From the NCBI GenBank assembly GCA_036555445.1, contig DATBLH010000069.1:65339-129338 (forward strand): a stretch of 64,000 nt of DNA, in the 5' to 3' direction. This DNA is from Candidatus Limnocylindrales bacterium (lineage in GTDB: Bacteria; Chloroflexota; Limnocylindria; Limnocylindrales; CSP1-4). A program made the position numbers and the translations under genes. Below the pieces are notes generated by a model that saw nothing but the letters and a program-made list of their open reading frames with translations, was not told the DNA's origin and ran no database searches. Below, one piece after another: positions 36,837-45,266 of this stretch; position 1 is the stretch's first letter; every line of letters begins with the position of its first letter.

Positions 36837-38639
36837 ATGCAGCCCGGACAGGAGGATCGTCCGCCCGCGCGTTCCGCGTTCGTCGCGGCCTTCCTGTCGC
36901 TCCTCTTCCCCGGTCTCGGGCACGCCTACGCGGGCGCGTATACGCGCGCGCTCGGGTTCGCCGCCGGCCCGATCCTGATCGGCGCGCTCGTGGCCGGGAT
37001 CGTGCTCCGGCTGCCGCGGCCCGAGCTGGTCGGCCTCGCGCTCCAGTCGTGGTTCCTGACCTCCGTGTTCGTGCTCAACCTGCTCCTGCTCGGGTATCGC
37101 CTGATCGCGATCATCGATGCCTGGCGCGTGACGTCGTACCTGAACGCATGGACTGCGAGCGGCGGCGGTCGCCTCGGGACCCCGCGGATCCCGCTGAGCC
37201 CGATCTCGGTCGCGGGGCTGCTCGCGGTCGTCCTGGTCATGGCCGGCGGTCACGTCGCCGTCGCCCGCTACGACCTGATCGCGATGCGAACGGCGGACTG
37301 CATCTTCGATGCCGACCGCACCGACTGCGACGAGGGCTCGCAGCCGAGCGGCAGTCCATCCGGCAGCGCGTCGGACGAGCCGCCGGTGTCGCCGTCCGAG
37401 GCGACGTCCTCGCTGCCGTCCGAGGGAACCGCGCTGCCGAACGTGACGCCCCCGCCGTGGAACGGCACCGACCGCCTGAACGTCGTGCTCATCGGGTCCG
37501 ACGAGCAGAACGGGGGCCACAACACCGACACCCTGATCACGGTCTCGATCGACCCCGTGTCGAAGCAGGTGGCGATGTTCAGCCTGCCGCGCGACATGGT
37601 CGACGTGCCGCTGCCGTCGGGTCCCGCGCGGAACGTGTTCGGGCGCGTGTATCGGGGAAAGATCAACAGCCTGTGGGCAAACGCCCGGGGACGCGCGGAC
37701 GCCTTCCCGGGGACGAGCCGGACCCGCGGCTACAACGCGATCAAGGCCGCCCTGGGCGAGCTCTATGGCCTCGACATCAAGTACTTCGTCGAGGTCAACT
37801 TCGACGGCTTCATCCGGGTCGTCGACGCCCTCGGTGGCGTGGCGATCAACGTCCAGATCCCGGTCGTGGACAACACCTTCCCGGGCGTTGACGGGCTGCG
37901 CCGCGTGTACATCCCGTCGGGCTACCAGCACATGGACGGGGCGCAGGCGTTGATGTACGCGCGCTCCCGCCACACGTCGAACGACTTCGATCGCGCCCAG
38001 CGCCAGCAGCGCGTCCTGCTGTCCCTGCGCGAGCAGGCGAACATCGGGGCCATCCTTCCCCATGTTGACGAGCTCGCAGCCGCCCTCCGAAGCGCCGTAC
38101 GGACCGACATCCCGCGAAACCTCCTGCCACAGCTGCTCGGACTGGCCGAGTCGGTCGATACCCGGAACATCCGCTCGTACGTGTTCTCGCCGCCGCTCTA
38201 TGGCCAGGACAGCTGCCGGGATCCGCGGGGCTGCGTCGAATACCCGAGGGTGGACGAGATCCGGAACGCCGTCCGTACCGCATTCACCGCCAATCCCGCC
38301 GAGGAGCAGCGTCGCGAAGCCCTGGCCAGCGAGGGCGCCCGGGTGTGGGTCCTCAACGGGTCCGGAGACCGCGGCCAGGCAGCCGACATCGCGGCCTACC
38401 TGAACTACGTGGGCATCGCGGCATCGGCCCCCAACCAGCGCCCCGACCAGGCCGGCGGCGCCAGAACTCGGATCCTCGTCTATAACGGCGCCGAGCAGCG
38501 GCTCCCGGTGACGATCGCCGCCCTCAGCCAGGCGTTCGGGGTCCAACCCACGCTGACGAACGACCCGACGGCGCGTGTCGACATCGCGATCATCACGGCG
38601 TCGTCGACGCCAACGCTCAGCCCACCACCGGCGCCCTGA
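36837..38639 (+). CDS. LytR-CpsA-Psr (LCP) family protein with a multi-TM N-terminus and a LytR_C-like C-terminus
   Basis: LNVVLIGSDE...NTDTLITVSID...MFSLPRDM...FDGFIRVVDALGGV...ARSRHTSNDFDRAQRQQ. I place the start at ATG 36837, because the tracked start at 36735 lies inside ileS. Confidence 0.9.
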   Translation: MQPGQEDRPPARSAFVAAFLSLLFPGLGHAYAGAYTRALGFAAGPILIGALVAGIVLRLPRPELVGLALQSWFLTSVFVLNLLLLGYRLIAIIDAWRVTSYLNAWTASGGGRLGTPRIPLSPISVAGLLAVVLVMAGGHVAVARYDLIAMRTADCIFDADRTDCDEGSQPSGSPSGSASDEPPVSPSEATSSLPSEGTALPNVTPPPWNGTDRLNVVLIGSDEQNGGHNTDTLITVSIDPVSKQVAMFSLPRDMVDVPLPSGPARNVFGRVYRGKINSLWANARGRADAFPGTSRTRGYNAIKAALGELYGLDIKYFVEVNFDGFIRVVDALGGVAINVQIPVVDNTFPGVDGLRRVYIPSGYQHMDGAQALMYARSRHTSNDFDRAQRQQRVLLSLREQANIGAILPHVDELAAALRSAVRTDIPRNLLPQLLGLAESVDTRNIRSYVFSPPLYGQDSCRDPRGCVEYPRVDEIRNAVRTAFTANPAEEQRREALASEGARVWVLNGSGDRGQAADIAAYLNYVGIAASAPNQRPDQAGGARTRILVYNGAEQRLPVTIAALSQAFGVQPTLTNDPTARVDIAIITASSTPTLSPPPAP

Positions 38640-38669
38640 CGCGACCGCCACGTCGGACCGCGGGATCGG

Positions 38670-39686
38670 TCAGGCAGGCGGGATCGGCGTCAGCCAGTGG
38701 CCGTACTCGGGGAGTCGTCCCCGGACCGCGTCGAAGTAGCGGGTCTTGATCGCCCTGCTGATCGGCCCGATCGCGCCGGAGCCGACCGCACGGCGATCGA
38801 CCTCGATCACCGGGCTCACCTGGACGCCGGTGCCGCACAGGAACACCTCGTCCGCGATGTACAGCTCGCTTCGGTCGATCGAGCGGATCTGCGTCCGGAT
38901 CCCCTCGTCCTCGGCCAGCTCGAAGATCGCCTTGCGGGTCACCCCTTCCAGGATGTCGTCGGTGACCGGCGGCGTGATCAGCACACCGTCGCGAACCATG
39001 AGCAGGTTGGCCGCCGACGCCTCGTTGACGTGACCGTCGTGGGTCAGCACGACCGCCTCGTCGAATCCGTTCAGCTCGGCTTCGGATTTCTGGAAGGCCA
39101 TGTTCACGTAGCCGCCCGTGATCTTGCCCCGCGCGGGCAGCGCGTCGTCGGCGTTGCGTCGCCAGGTGGAGGTCATCACCCGGACGCCGGACTCGGTATC
39201 GATGTAGTTGCCGAACGGCAGCGTCACGATGCACAGCTGGTGCTCGAGCTCGTGGAGTCGGACCCCGATCGCCTTGGTGCTCTTGTACAACGACGGACGA
39301 ATGTAGGCGTCCTCGCGGAACCCGTTGCGGCGGACCGTCTCCACGATCAGCGCGCTCAGCTCGTCGACCGATGGCAGGTCGTCCATGAGCATGATCTTGG
39401 CGTTGCCGCGGATGCGCTCGACGTGCTCCCGGACGAACAAGCCGTAGAGCTGTCCCTGCTCGTCGTTCCAGTAGGCCCGGATCCCCTCGAAGATCGCGGT
39501 GCCGTACATGAACGCATGGGTCATGATGCTCACGCGGGCGTCGCGAAGGGCGACGAAGTCGCCCTCGAAGTACGCGACCAGGTCGTCGAGCGATCGCGCC
39601 CCGCCGGTCGCGACGGGCGATCCGGAGGGCTGTGGAGCCGCGGATCCGGCCGCGTGCGGGTCGTTCGGCTTCTTCGTGAGCATCAT
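38670..39686 (-). CDS. ilvE: Branched-chain amino acid aminotransferase
   Basis: 338 aa: MTHAFMYGTAIFEGIRAY...GGYVNMAFQKSEA... The class IV aminotransferase pattern is present. Confidence 0.9.
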   Translation of the reverse strand: MMLTKKPNDPHAAGSAAPQPSGSPVATGGARSLDDLVAYFEGDFVALRDARVSIMTHAFMYGTAIFEGIRAYWNDEQGQLYGLFVREHVERIRGNAKIMLMDDLPSVDELSALIVETVRRNGFREDAYIRPSLYKSTKAIGVRLHELEHQLCIVTLPFGNYIDTESGVRVMTSTWRRNADDALPARGKITGGYVNMAFQKSEAELNGFDEAVVLTHDGHVNEASAANLLMVRDGVLITPPVTDDILEGVTRKAIFELAEDEGIRTQIRSIDRSELYIADEVFLCGTGVQVSPVIEVDRRAVGSGAIGPISRAIKTRYFDAVRGRLPEYGHWLTPIPPA

Positions 39687-39727
39687 GATCCTCGGGCTGG
39701 GGTCGACGTCCCCGGAAGGGTCGGCCG

Positions 39728-39733
39728 AGTATA
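39728..39733 (-). promoter_or_regulatory. -10 candidate for ilvE (TATACT)
   Basis: Minus strand reads CGCGTTATACTCGGCC, 41 nt upstream of ATG 39686. Confidence 0.4.
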
Positions 39734-39764
39734 ACGCGGGCCCTCGGCGTTCCCGGCCGACCGA

Positions 39765-40817
39765 CTAGAGCCGGATGCCGCTGATCACGGCCACGATGAA
39801 CCCGAGATACGCGACATAGAAGACGCCGCCGACCAGCAGCGACCGGCCGCGAAGTCGGTCCGATCGGGCCATCGGGATGAAGATCGCGGCCGACGACAGG
39901 AACGCGATCCCGGCCGACGCGAACGCGGTGTACGAGCCCTCGGCCGCAACCCAGGCGGAGGACGCGAACACGAGCGCAACCACCGTGGGGATCGTGGACT
40001 GGAACACCATCGCGCCGGTGATGTTGCCCATCGCCAGGGTGTCCTTCCCCTGCCGCACCCAGATCACCGAGTTGAACTTCTCCGGCAGCTCGGTCGCGAT
40101 CGGCGCGATGACGAGCGCCAGCAGCGCCGGGTCGACGTGGAGCTGGGTTGCGATGTGCTCGACGGCATCGACGAAGAACACCGCGCCCACGATGATCAGC
40201 CCCAGCGCGGCGAGGACCTGGAGGTTCACCACCCGCAACCGCGGCGCCGTTGGATCGGCGGCGTGGGCGGCTCGATCCAGGCGATGGAACCGGAGCGGTG
40301 CCAGGTCGGCGGCATCGACGTCGGGATCGGCCTCGAAGTGGCCCTTCACGTACCACGCATAGATTCCGATGAGGACGATCGCGACCAGCCATCTCGGCCA
40401 CATCGGATCGACCGGGAGGAACGCCGCCCCCACGGCCAGGGCGTAGGCAATCGCGAAATACCGCATGTCGTGGGCGAGGACACCGGTATCCACCGGCATG
40501 ACGTCGCCCTGGGGCCGTCGCCTGGCGACGACCAGCACCGCGATGCCGGTCACGAACATCGCGAGCGTCGAGAGCATGAATGGGGCGCCGAGGATCGCGC
40601 CGATCCCGACCTCATGCGACGATTCCGCCGTCCCGAACAGGATCGCGATGATCGGGATCATCGTTTCCGGGAGGGCCGTCCCCACCGCCGCGAGGACCGA
40701 GCCCACGGCTCCCTCGGCGAGCTCGAGCTTCTTGCCGAACCACTCGATGCCGTTGGTGAACAGCTCGGCACCGGCCAGGATCACGACGAACGCGAGGACG
40801 AGGATCAGCAGGTCCAC
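39765..40817 (-). CDS. Sodium/calcium exchanger (CaCA family) membrane protein
   Basis: Two alpha-repeat motifs: GSVLAAVGTALPE and IAPIATELPEKF. I place the start at GTG 40817, 7 nt after the DUF1634 stop. Confidence 0.85.
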   Translation of the reverse strand: MDLLILVLAFVVILAGAELFTNGIEWFGKKLELAEGAVGSVLAAVGTALPETMIPIIAILFGTAESSHEVGIGAILGAPFMLSTLAMFVTGIAVLVVARRRPQGDVMPVDTGVLAHDMRYFAIAYALAVGAAFLPVDPMWPRWLVAIVLIGIYAWYVKGHFEADPDVDAADLAPLRFHRLDRAAHAADPTAPRLRVVNLQVLAALGLIIVGAVFFVDAVEHIATQLHVDPALLALVIAPIATELPEKFNSVIWVRQGKDTLAMGNITGAMVFQSTIPTVVALVFASSAWVAAEGSYTAFASAGIAFLSSAAIFIPMARSDRLRGRSLLVGGVFYVAYLGFIVAVISGIRL

Positions 40818-40824
40818 CGGTCTC

Positions 40825-41196
40825 TCAGAGCTCTGGCGGGCGCGCGACCACGACGCCCAGGACGATGACGACGAGGACGAGGATCGCGATGAGGGCCATC
40901 CGGCGCTCGCCTCGGGCGGCGAACCCAACGAGTGCCGCGGTCACGCGCGCCGCGGGTGTGGCGATCACGGCCAGCAGGCCCAGCCACAGGAAGCCCTCCG
41001 GGCGAAGCGCCACGAGATCGGCCGGCAGTCGGGCAGGATCGAGCGGTGGCGCACTCGCCAGCGGCGACACCCCGGACGCGAGCATCACGCCCACACCGAT
41101 CGCCAGGATGCCGATGGAGAGATACGTGCCCACGGTGATCAGGCGGCCGACACCGGCCTCCAGTCCGCGATCCGGCGCCATGACGGACTCGCTCAC
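40825..41196 (-). CDS. DUF1634 domain membrane protein
   Basis: About 120 aa with 3 hydrophobic segments. It follows a TauE/SafE gene directly with a GTGA overlap, which is the usual pairing. An alternative ATG lies at 41181. Confidence 0.7.
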   Translation of the reverse strand: MSESVMAPDRGLEAGVGRLITVGTYLSIGILAIGVGVMLASGVSPLASAPPLDPARLPADLVALRPEGFLWLGLLAVIATPAARVTAALVGFAARGERRMALIAILVLVVIVLGVVVARPPEL

Positions 41197-42008
41197 GGGC
41201 CGGTCCCCGCGGCGCGGCGCACCATCTGGACCGCCGTGTACAGGAGGACGACGACGAACAGCGCCCGCAGGACCCGAACGTCGATCCGGTGCGCGGTCCG
41301 CGATCCCAGGCTGGCCCCGGCGAACACGCCGAGCGCCGTCGGACCGGCCACGAACGGGTCGATCTCGCCGTGGGCGAGATAGATGATCGCGCCCGCGGAC
41401 GCGGTCACGCCGATCATCAGGTTGCTGGTGGCGATGGCCACCCGCAGCGGAACCTTCATCACCAGGTGCATCGCGGGCACCTTGACGATGCCGCCACCGA
41501 CACCCAGCAGGGCCGAGACGATGCCCGCGGCGACACTGACCAGCGCACCGGGACCCAGCCTCCGGACGCGATAGTCGGATCCGTGGAGTGCGTCCGTCCA
41601 CGATGAGCCCGGGGTCACCGGCTCGGTGGCCGCGACGTCGGGCTCCGGCGTGGATCGGCGGACCATCGACGCCGCGGTGTAGACGAGGAGCACGGCGAAC
41701 AATCCGGCAATCACTCGCTCCTCGAGGGCAAACGCGATGAGGCCGCCGAGGACCGCCCCGGCCGCGGTGAACAGCTCCAGGGTCATCCCCAGCCGCAGGT
41801 TCGCGACCCGCCGCTCGAGGTACACACCCGCGGCGGCGCCGGAGGTCACGATCACGCACACGAGCGAGACACCGATCGACTCCCGGAGCGGGAGATCGAA
41901 CGCGAACGTCAGCAGCGGCACGATCAGCAACCCGCCGCCCAGGCCGAGCAGGGACCCGAACAGGCCGGCCGCAGCCCCGCCGGCGATCATCAGCAACCCG
42001 GCCGCCAC
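41193..42008 (-). CDS. TauE/SafE family sulfite/anion exporter
   Basis: 271 aa with GLFGSLLGLGGGLLIVPLL and a second LLGVGGGIVKVPAM repeat. Confidence 0.85.
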   Translation of the reverse strand: MAAGLLMIAGGAAAGLFGSLLGLGGGLLIVPLLTFAFDLPLRESIGVSLVCVIVTSGAAAGVYLERRVANLRLGMTLELFTAAGAVLGGLIAFALEERVIAGLFAVLLVYTAASMVRRSTPEPDVAATEPVTPGSSWTDALHGSDYRVRRLGPGALVSVAAGIVSALLGVGGGIVKVPAMHLVMKVPLRVAIATSNLMIGVTASAGAIIYLAHGEIDPFVAGPTALGVFAGASLGSRTAHRIDVRVLRALFVVVLLYTAVQMVRRAAGTGP

Positions 42009-42138
42009 CTAGGCGACCTCCGGGGGTGGCACCCTCAACGGCGAGCCGCCCGCCCTGCATCCTGCGACGGCCGAGGTGTCGCCCCCGCGCGCCATCGGCC
42101 GGAGGATTCGACGCTCCTGCGAGCCATCAACCCAGGAT

Positions 42139-42405
42139 TCAGGGGCGAAGGTGCTGTGGCGCGTACGGCAGGAGCGCGACGTGACGCGCTCGCTTCAGCG
42201 CCACGGCGAGCTCGCGCTGGTGTCCGGCGCAGGTGCCGGTCTTCCGACGCGGCTCGATCTTGGCGCGCTCCGAGAGATAGCGGCGAAGTCGGTTGACTTC
42301 CTTGTAGTCGATCCTCTCGGTCTTGTCGGCGCAGAAGGCACAGACCTTCCGCCGACGTCGATCGCGGTAGTAGTCGTCGCGCTTGCGCGAGCGGGCGGAT
42401 GGCAT
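42139..42405 (-). CDS. rpsR: 30S ribosomal protein S18
   Basis: [47 protein letters not shown]. Confidence 0.95.
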   Translation of the reverse strand: MPSARSRKRDDYYRDRRRRKVCAFCADKTERIDYKEVNRLRRYLSERAKIEPRRKTGTCAGHQRELAVALKRARHVALLPYAPQHLRP

Positions 42406-42423
42406 CGATCGTTCTCCCGTGTC

Positions 42424-42873
42424 CTAGAAGGGAAGGTCGTCGAGGTCGGCGTCGTCCTGCGCGGGACGCCCCTGCGGCTGCGGGGCACTCCCGCCCTGGT
42501 ACGGCCGATCGGCGCCGAACTGGCCCTCGCCGTCCTCGCGGGTTCGTTTCTCGAGATTGACCACGCTATCCGCGGTGAGCTCGAGCGACGTCCGCTTCTG
42601 GCCGTCACGACCCTCGAACTCCCGGGTCTTGAAGCGTCCCTCCACGAATACCCGATTCCCCTTCCGGAGTTGCTCGGCCGTGCGCTCGGCGCGGTCGCCC
42701 CAGACGGTGACTCGGAACCAGTCGGTGTCCTCGACCCACTCGCCCGTCTGCTGGTTCTTCGTGCTCTGGTTGACGGCGACGTTGAACTGGGTGACCGGCC
42801 GCCCGTTGGGCGTGTAGCGCATCTCCGGGTCACCGCCGAGGTTGCCGATGATCATGACCTTGCACAGCGCCAT
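42424..42873 (-). CDS. ssb: Single-stranded DNA-binding protein
   Basis: MALCKVMIIGNLGGDPEMRYTPNGRPVTQFNVAV..., with the C-terminal acidic tip DLDDLPF. Confidence 0.95.
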   Translation of the reverse strand: MALCKVMIIGNLGGDPEMRYTPNGRPVTQFNVAVNQSTKNQQTGEWVEDTDWFRVTVWGDRAERTAEQLRKGNRVFVEGRFKTREFEGRDGQKRTSLELTADSVVNLEKRTREDGEGQFGADRPYQGGSAPQPQGRPAQDDADLDDLPF

Positions 42874-42885
42874 CGGTAACCTCCG

Positions 42886-43317
42886 TCAGTCGATCGCGGC
42901 CGGAGCGGCTTCGCTCTCCGACTCGTCGATCTGCTCGCCGTCTTGTTCCTCGACTTCGTCCTCGGTCGGTGGCAGTCCCTCGTCCTCGGACTCGTCGGCG
43001 GTCACGCCGTCGCGCCGGCCGGCACGCACGGGTCGTTCGTCGCGCGTGATCAGGTGTCGGAGCAGCTCTTCCGTGATCAGCAGGCTCCGCTCGAGCTCGA
43101 CGATCACCTCGGCCGGCGACTCGAACAGGACGATGTGGTAGGAGCCTTCGCGATGCCGGTCGATCGGATACGCGAGCCGGCGACGACCCCAGGGAGCCAC
43201 CTTCAGGATCTGGCCCTCACCGGCCACGATCTGTCGGGTCGTGCGGTCGATCACCGCCTGGATCCGTTCGTCCGGGACGTCCGGGCGGAGGACGAGCATG
43301 AGTTCGTATCGGCGCAT
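42886..43317 (-). CDS. rpsF: 30S ribosomal protein S6 (acidic C-terminal tail)
   Basis: MRRYELMLVLRPDVPDERIQAVIDR...WGRRRLAYPI. AGGAAGGAG SD upstream. Confidence 0.95.
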   Translation of the reverse strand: MRRYELMLVLRPDVPDERIQAVIDRTTRQIVAGEGQILKVAPWGRRRLAYPIDRHREGSYHIVLFESPAEVIVELERSLLITEELLRHLITRDERPVRAGRRDGVTADESEDEGLPPTEDEVEEQDGEQIDESESEAAPAAID

Positions 43318-43393
43318 ACGCCGTGGTCTCCTTCCTGTGGGAATCGCCCCGCTGTGGGCTCGTTCGAGCCGGGCGGAGCCGAAAGGCCCGGCG

Positions 43394-43402
43394 AGTCTAG
43401 CA
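43394..43402 (-). promoter_or_regulatory. Extended -10 promoter candidate for rpsF-ssb-rpsR (TGcTAGACT)
   Basis: Minus strand reads CCGTGCTAGACTCGCC. This implies a leader of about 70 nt containing GC hairpins. Confidence 0.5.
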
Positions 43403-43468
43403 CGGGGCCTGCGGATGCCCCGGGACGGCGACGCGGTCCCGTCACCGGTCGAGGCGCGGGTGTCGATG

Positions 43469-43474
43469 TATCCT
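43469..43474 (+). promoter_or_regulatory. -10 candidate (TATCCT) for the REC-CpaE-like gene
   Basis: gatgTATCCTctc, 37 nt before GTG 43512. Confidence 0.3.
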
Positions 43475-43511
43475 CTCAGCCGTCTCGTCGCGAACCGCCC
43501 CGGGAGGGTCC

Positions 43512-44735
43512 GTGCCCGCAGCCACCATCCTCCTGCTCGAGGCCGACGCCTCGACCAGGGACACGATCAGCGCCGCACTGACCACGGCCGGTTACACCGT
43601 CAACAGTGTCAACGATGCGGACGAAGCCTTCCGGCGCGCTGCCGAGCACCAGCTCGTCATCCTCGACATCGTCACCGGCCCCAAGACGGCGATCGACGTC
43701 TGCCGCGAGATCCGCGCCACGCCGTCGATGGCCGCGATCCCGGTCCTGTGCATCGGACAGACCGACGAGGTCGAAGAGCGGATCCGGTTCCTCGAGGTGG
43801 GCGCCGACGACGTCATCGCTCGCCCGTTCGACGACCGTGAGCTGGAGGCCAGGATCGAGGCCCTCCTGCTCCGCTTCCAGCGATCCAAGAATCTGGCGCC
43901 GATCCTCACCTCGAACGGCACGTTCGCCTCCCTGAGCCGCCGGATCGTCGCGGTGTTCAGCCCCAAGGGCGGCGTGGGGACGACGACGATCGCGACCAAT
44001 CTCGGGATGGCGATGGCCAGCCGCCATCCCGACCGGGTGGTGGTCGTGGACATGGACCTCCAGTTCGGTCAGGTCGCGACCCATCTCAACGTTGACGTCA
44101 AGCGCTCCCTCGCGGATGTCGCCCGGGACGAGGCCGCCCTCCGGGAGCCGGACCTGCTCCGGACGTACGCCATCCGCCACGACGCTGGTCTCCACGTCCT
44201 GGCAGCGCCGCCAACCCCGGAGCTCGCCGACCTCATCAGCACGCAGCACGTGGAGGCGATCCTGGAGACGATCCTCGGCACCTACGACACGGTGATCGTG
44301 GACGCCGGCTCCGAGCTGGATGACCGCACGATGGCGATCTTCGAGAAGGCCGACAACGTGATCCTTGTCGTGAACCCGGAGATGGCCGCGCTCAAGGCGG
44401 TCCATTCCCTGCTCGACTTCCTCAACGAGGCCGGATCGGTCGGTGCCAAGACGACGTTCGTGCTGAACAACATGTTCGCCCGCGAGATCCTGAAGATGCG
44501 GGACGTGGAAAGCGCCCTCGGGACCAAGGTCTCGATCGAGCTGCCGTACGACCCATTCCTCTATCTCAAGGCCGTCAACGAGGGCGTCCCCGTCGTGGTT
44601 GGCGCCCCGAGATCGGGTCCGGCGGACCGGCTGCTCAAGCTGGTCGACGTCGCGATCGGCGACGATGCGGTCGACGGGACGGGAGGCCGATCTCGACGCG
44701 GCGGGCTGCTGTCGGGGCTCCGGCGTCGCGCCTGA
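43512..44735 (+). CDS. Response-regulator receiver domain fused to a CpaE/TadZ-type ParA/MinD-like ATPase
   Basis: The REC part is ILLLEADAS...LVILDI...PVLCIGQ...GADDVIARPF. The ATPase part has the deviant Walker A VFSPKGGVGTTTIATNL, which lacks the GK[ST] lysine as in CpaE/TadZ. GTG start with a GGGAGGG SD. Confidence 0.85.
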   Translation: MPAATILLLEADASTRDTISAALTTAGYTVNSVNDADEAFRRAAEHQLVILDIVTGPKTAIDVCREIRATPSMAAIPVLCIGQTDEVEERIRFLEVGADDVIARPFDDRELEARIEALLLRFQRSKNLAPILTSNGTFASLSRRIVAVFSPKGGVGTTTIATNLGMAMASRHPDRVVVVDMDLQFGQVATHLNVDVKRSLADVARDEAALREPDLLRTYAIRHDAGLHVLAAPPTPELADLISTQHVEAILETILGTYDTVIVDAGSELDDRTMAIFEKADNVILVVNPEMAALKAVHSLLDFLNEAGSVGAKTTFVLNNMFAREILKMRDVESALGTKVSIELPYDPFLYLKAVNEGVPVVVGAPRSGPADRLLKLVDVAIGDDAVDGTGGRSRRGGLLSGLRRRA

Positions 44736-44907
44736 TCCGGCGAGTGGGTGGGGCGACCGACCCCGGGAACGTCCCCCCGATGGACAAGACCGATGACACC
44801 TGTGAGGTCGGTCGCTGGCGCGATCCTACGATCGGCGGCGCGTGTCGAACAGAGGGTCCGGGCAACTAGCGGTGTGACGCGGCACCGGAGAGTCGACGCC
44901 GGTCTGC

Positions 44908-45186
44908 TCAGGCGACCTCGGCGGCCACCGCGGCCGGTGGGTCGATCGTGATCCCGTGGGCGCCGCGCATGAGCGTCGCAACCCGCTCGGGGTCGGCCGA
45001 CCCGAGCTCCAGGTCGAGGATCGTCAGCGATGCGTCGTCCTCGACCGACGTCCGGATCGAGCCGTCGCCCAGGCTCGCGAGCAGCTGGAGCGCGTACCTC
45101 GCATGCCGCTCCGACGCGAACGCGACGCGCAGATGATTCGATCGCCGGGCATGGACCACGTACCCACGGTACGGCTCGGCGGTCAA
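44908..45186 (-). CDS. Hypothetical 92-aa protein (predicted alpha/beta)
   Basis: The C-terminal part of tracked ORF 44908..45489 has about 90% G/C at third positions by hand tally, dropping to about 64% upstream of 45187. TTG 45186 is the only plausible start, and the SD is weak. No family recognised. Confidence 0.5.
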   Translation of the reverse strand: MTAEPYRGYVVHARRSNHLRVAFASERHARYALQLLASLGDGSIRTSVEDDASLTILDLELGSADPERVATLMRGAHGITIDPPAAVAAEVA

Positions 45187-45266
45187 TCCGGGAATGACCC
45201 GTCTGGCGGGGTCAGGCAGATGGCAGTCCTGTGTGGGTCCTACGTCAACCGGGGGACCGACCGCCT

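Noticed and set aside
42009-42138. A degenerate rplI remnant or small ORF between rpsR and the TauE gene.
   Set aside because: The 130-nt gap has no open frame with L9-like sequence and appears simply intergenic.
44826-44831. A TACGAT -10-like hexamer on the plus strand in the convergent gap, which could drive an antisense RNA into the 92-aa ORF.
   Set aside because: This is a single hexamer with no TG extension, no -35 and no downstream feature. TAnnnT hexamers occur by chance, so there is not enough support.
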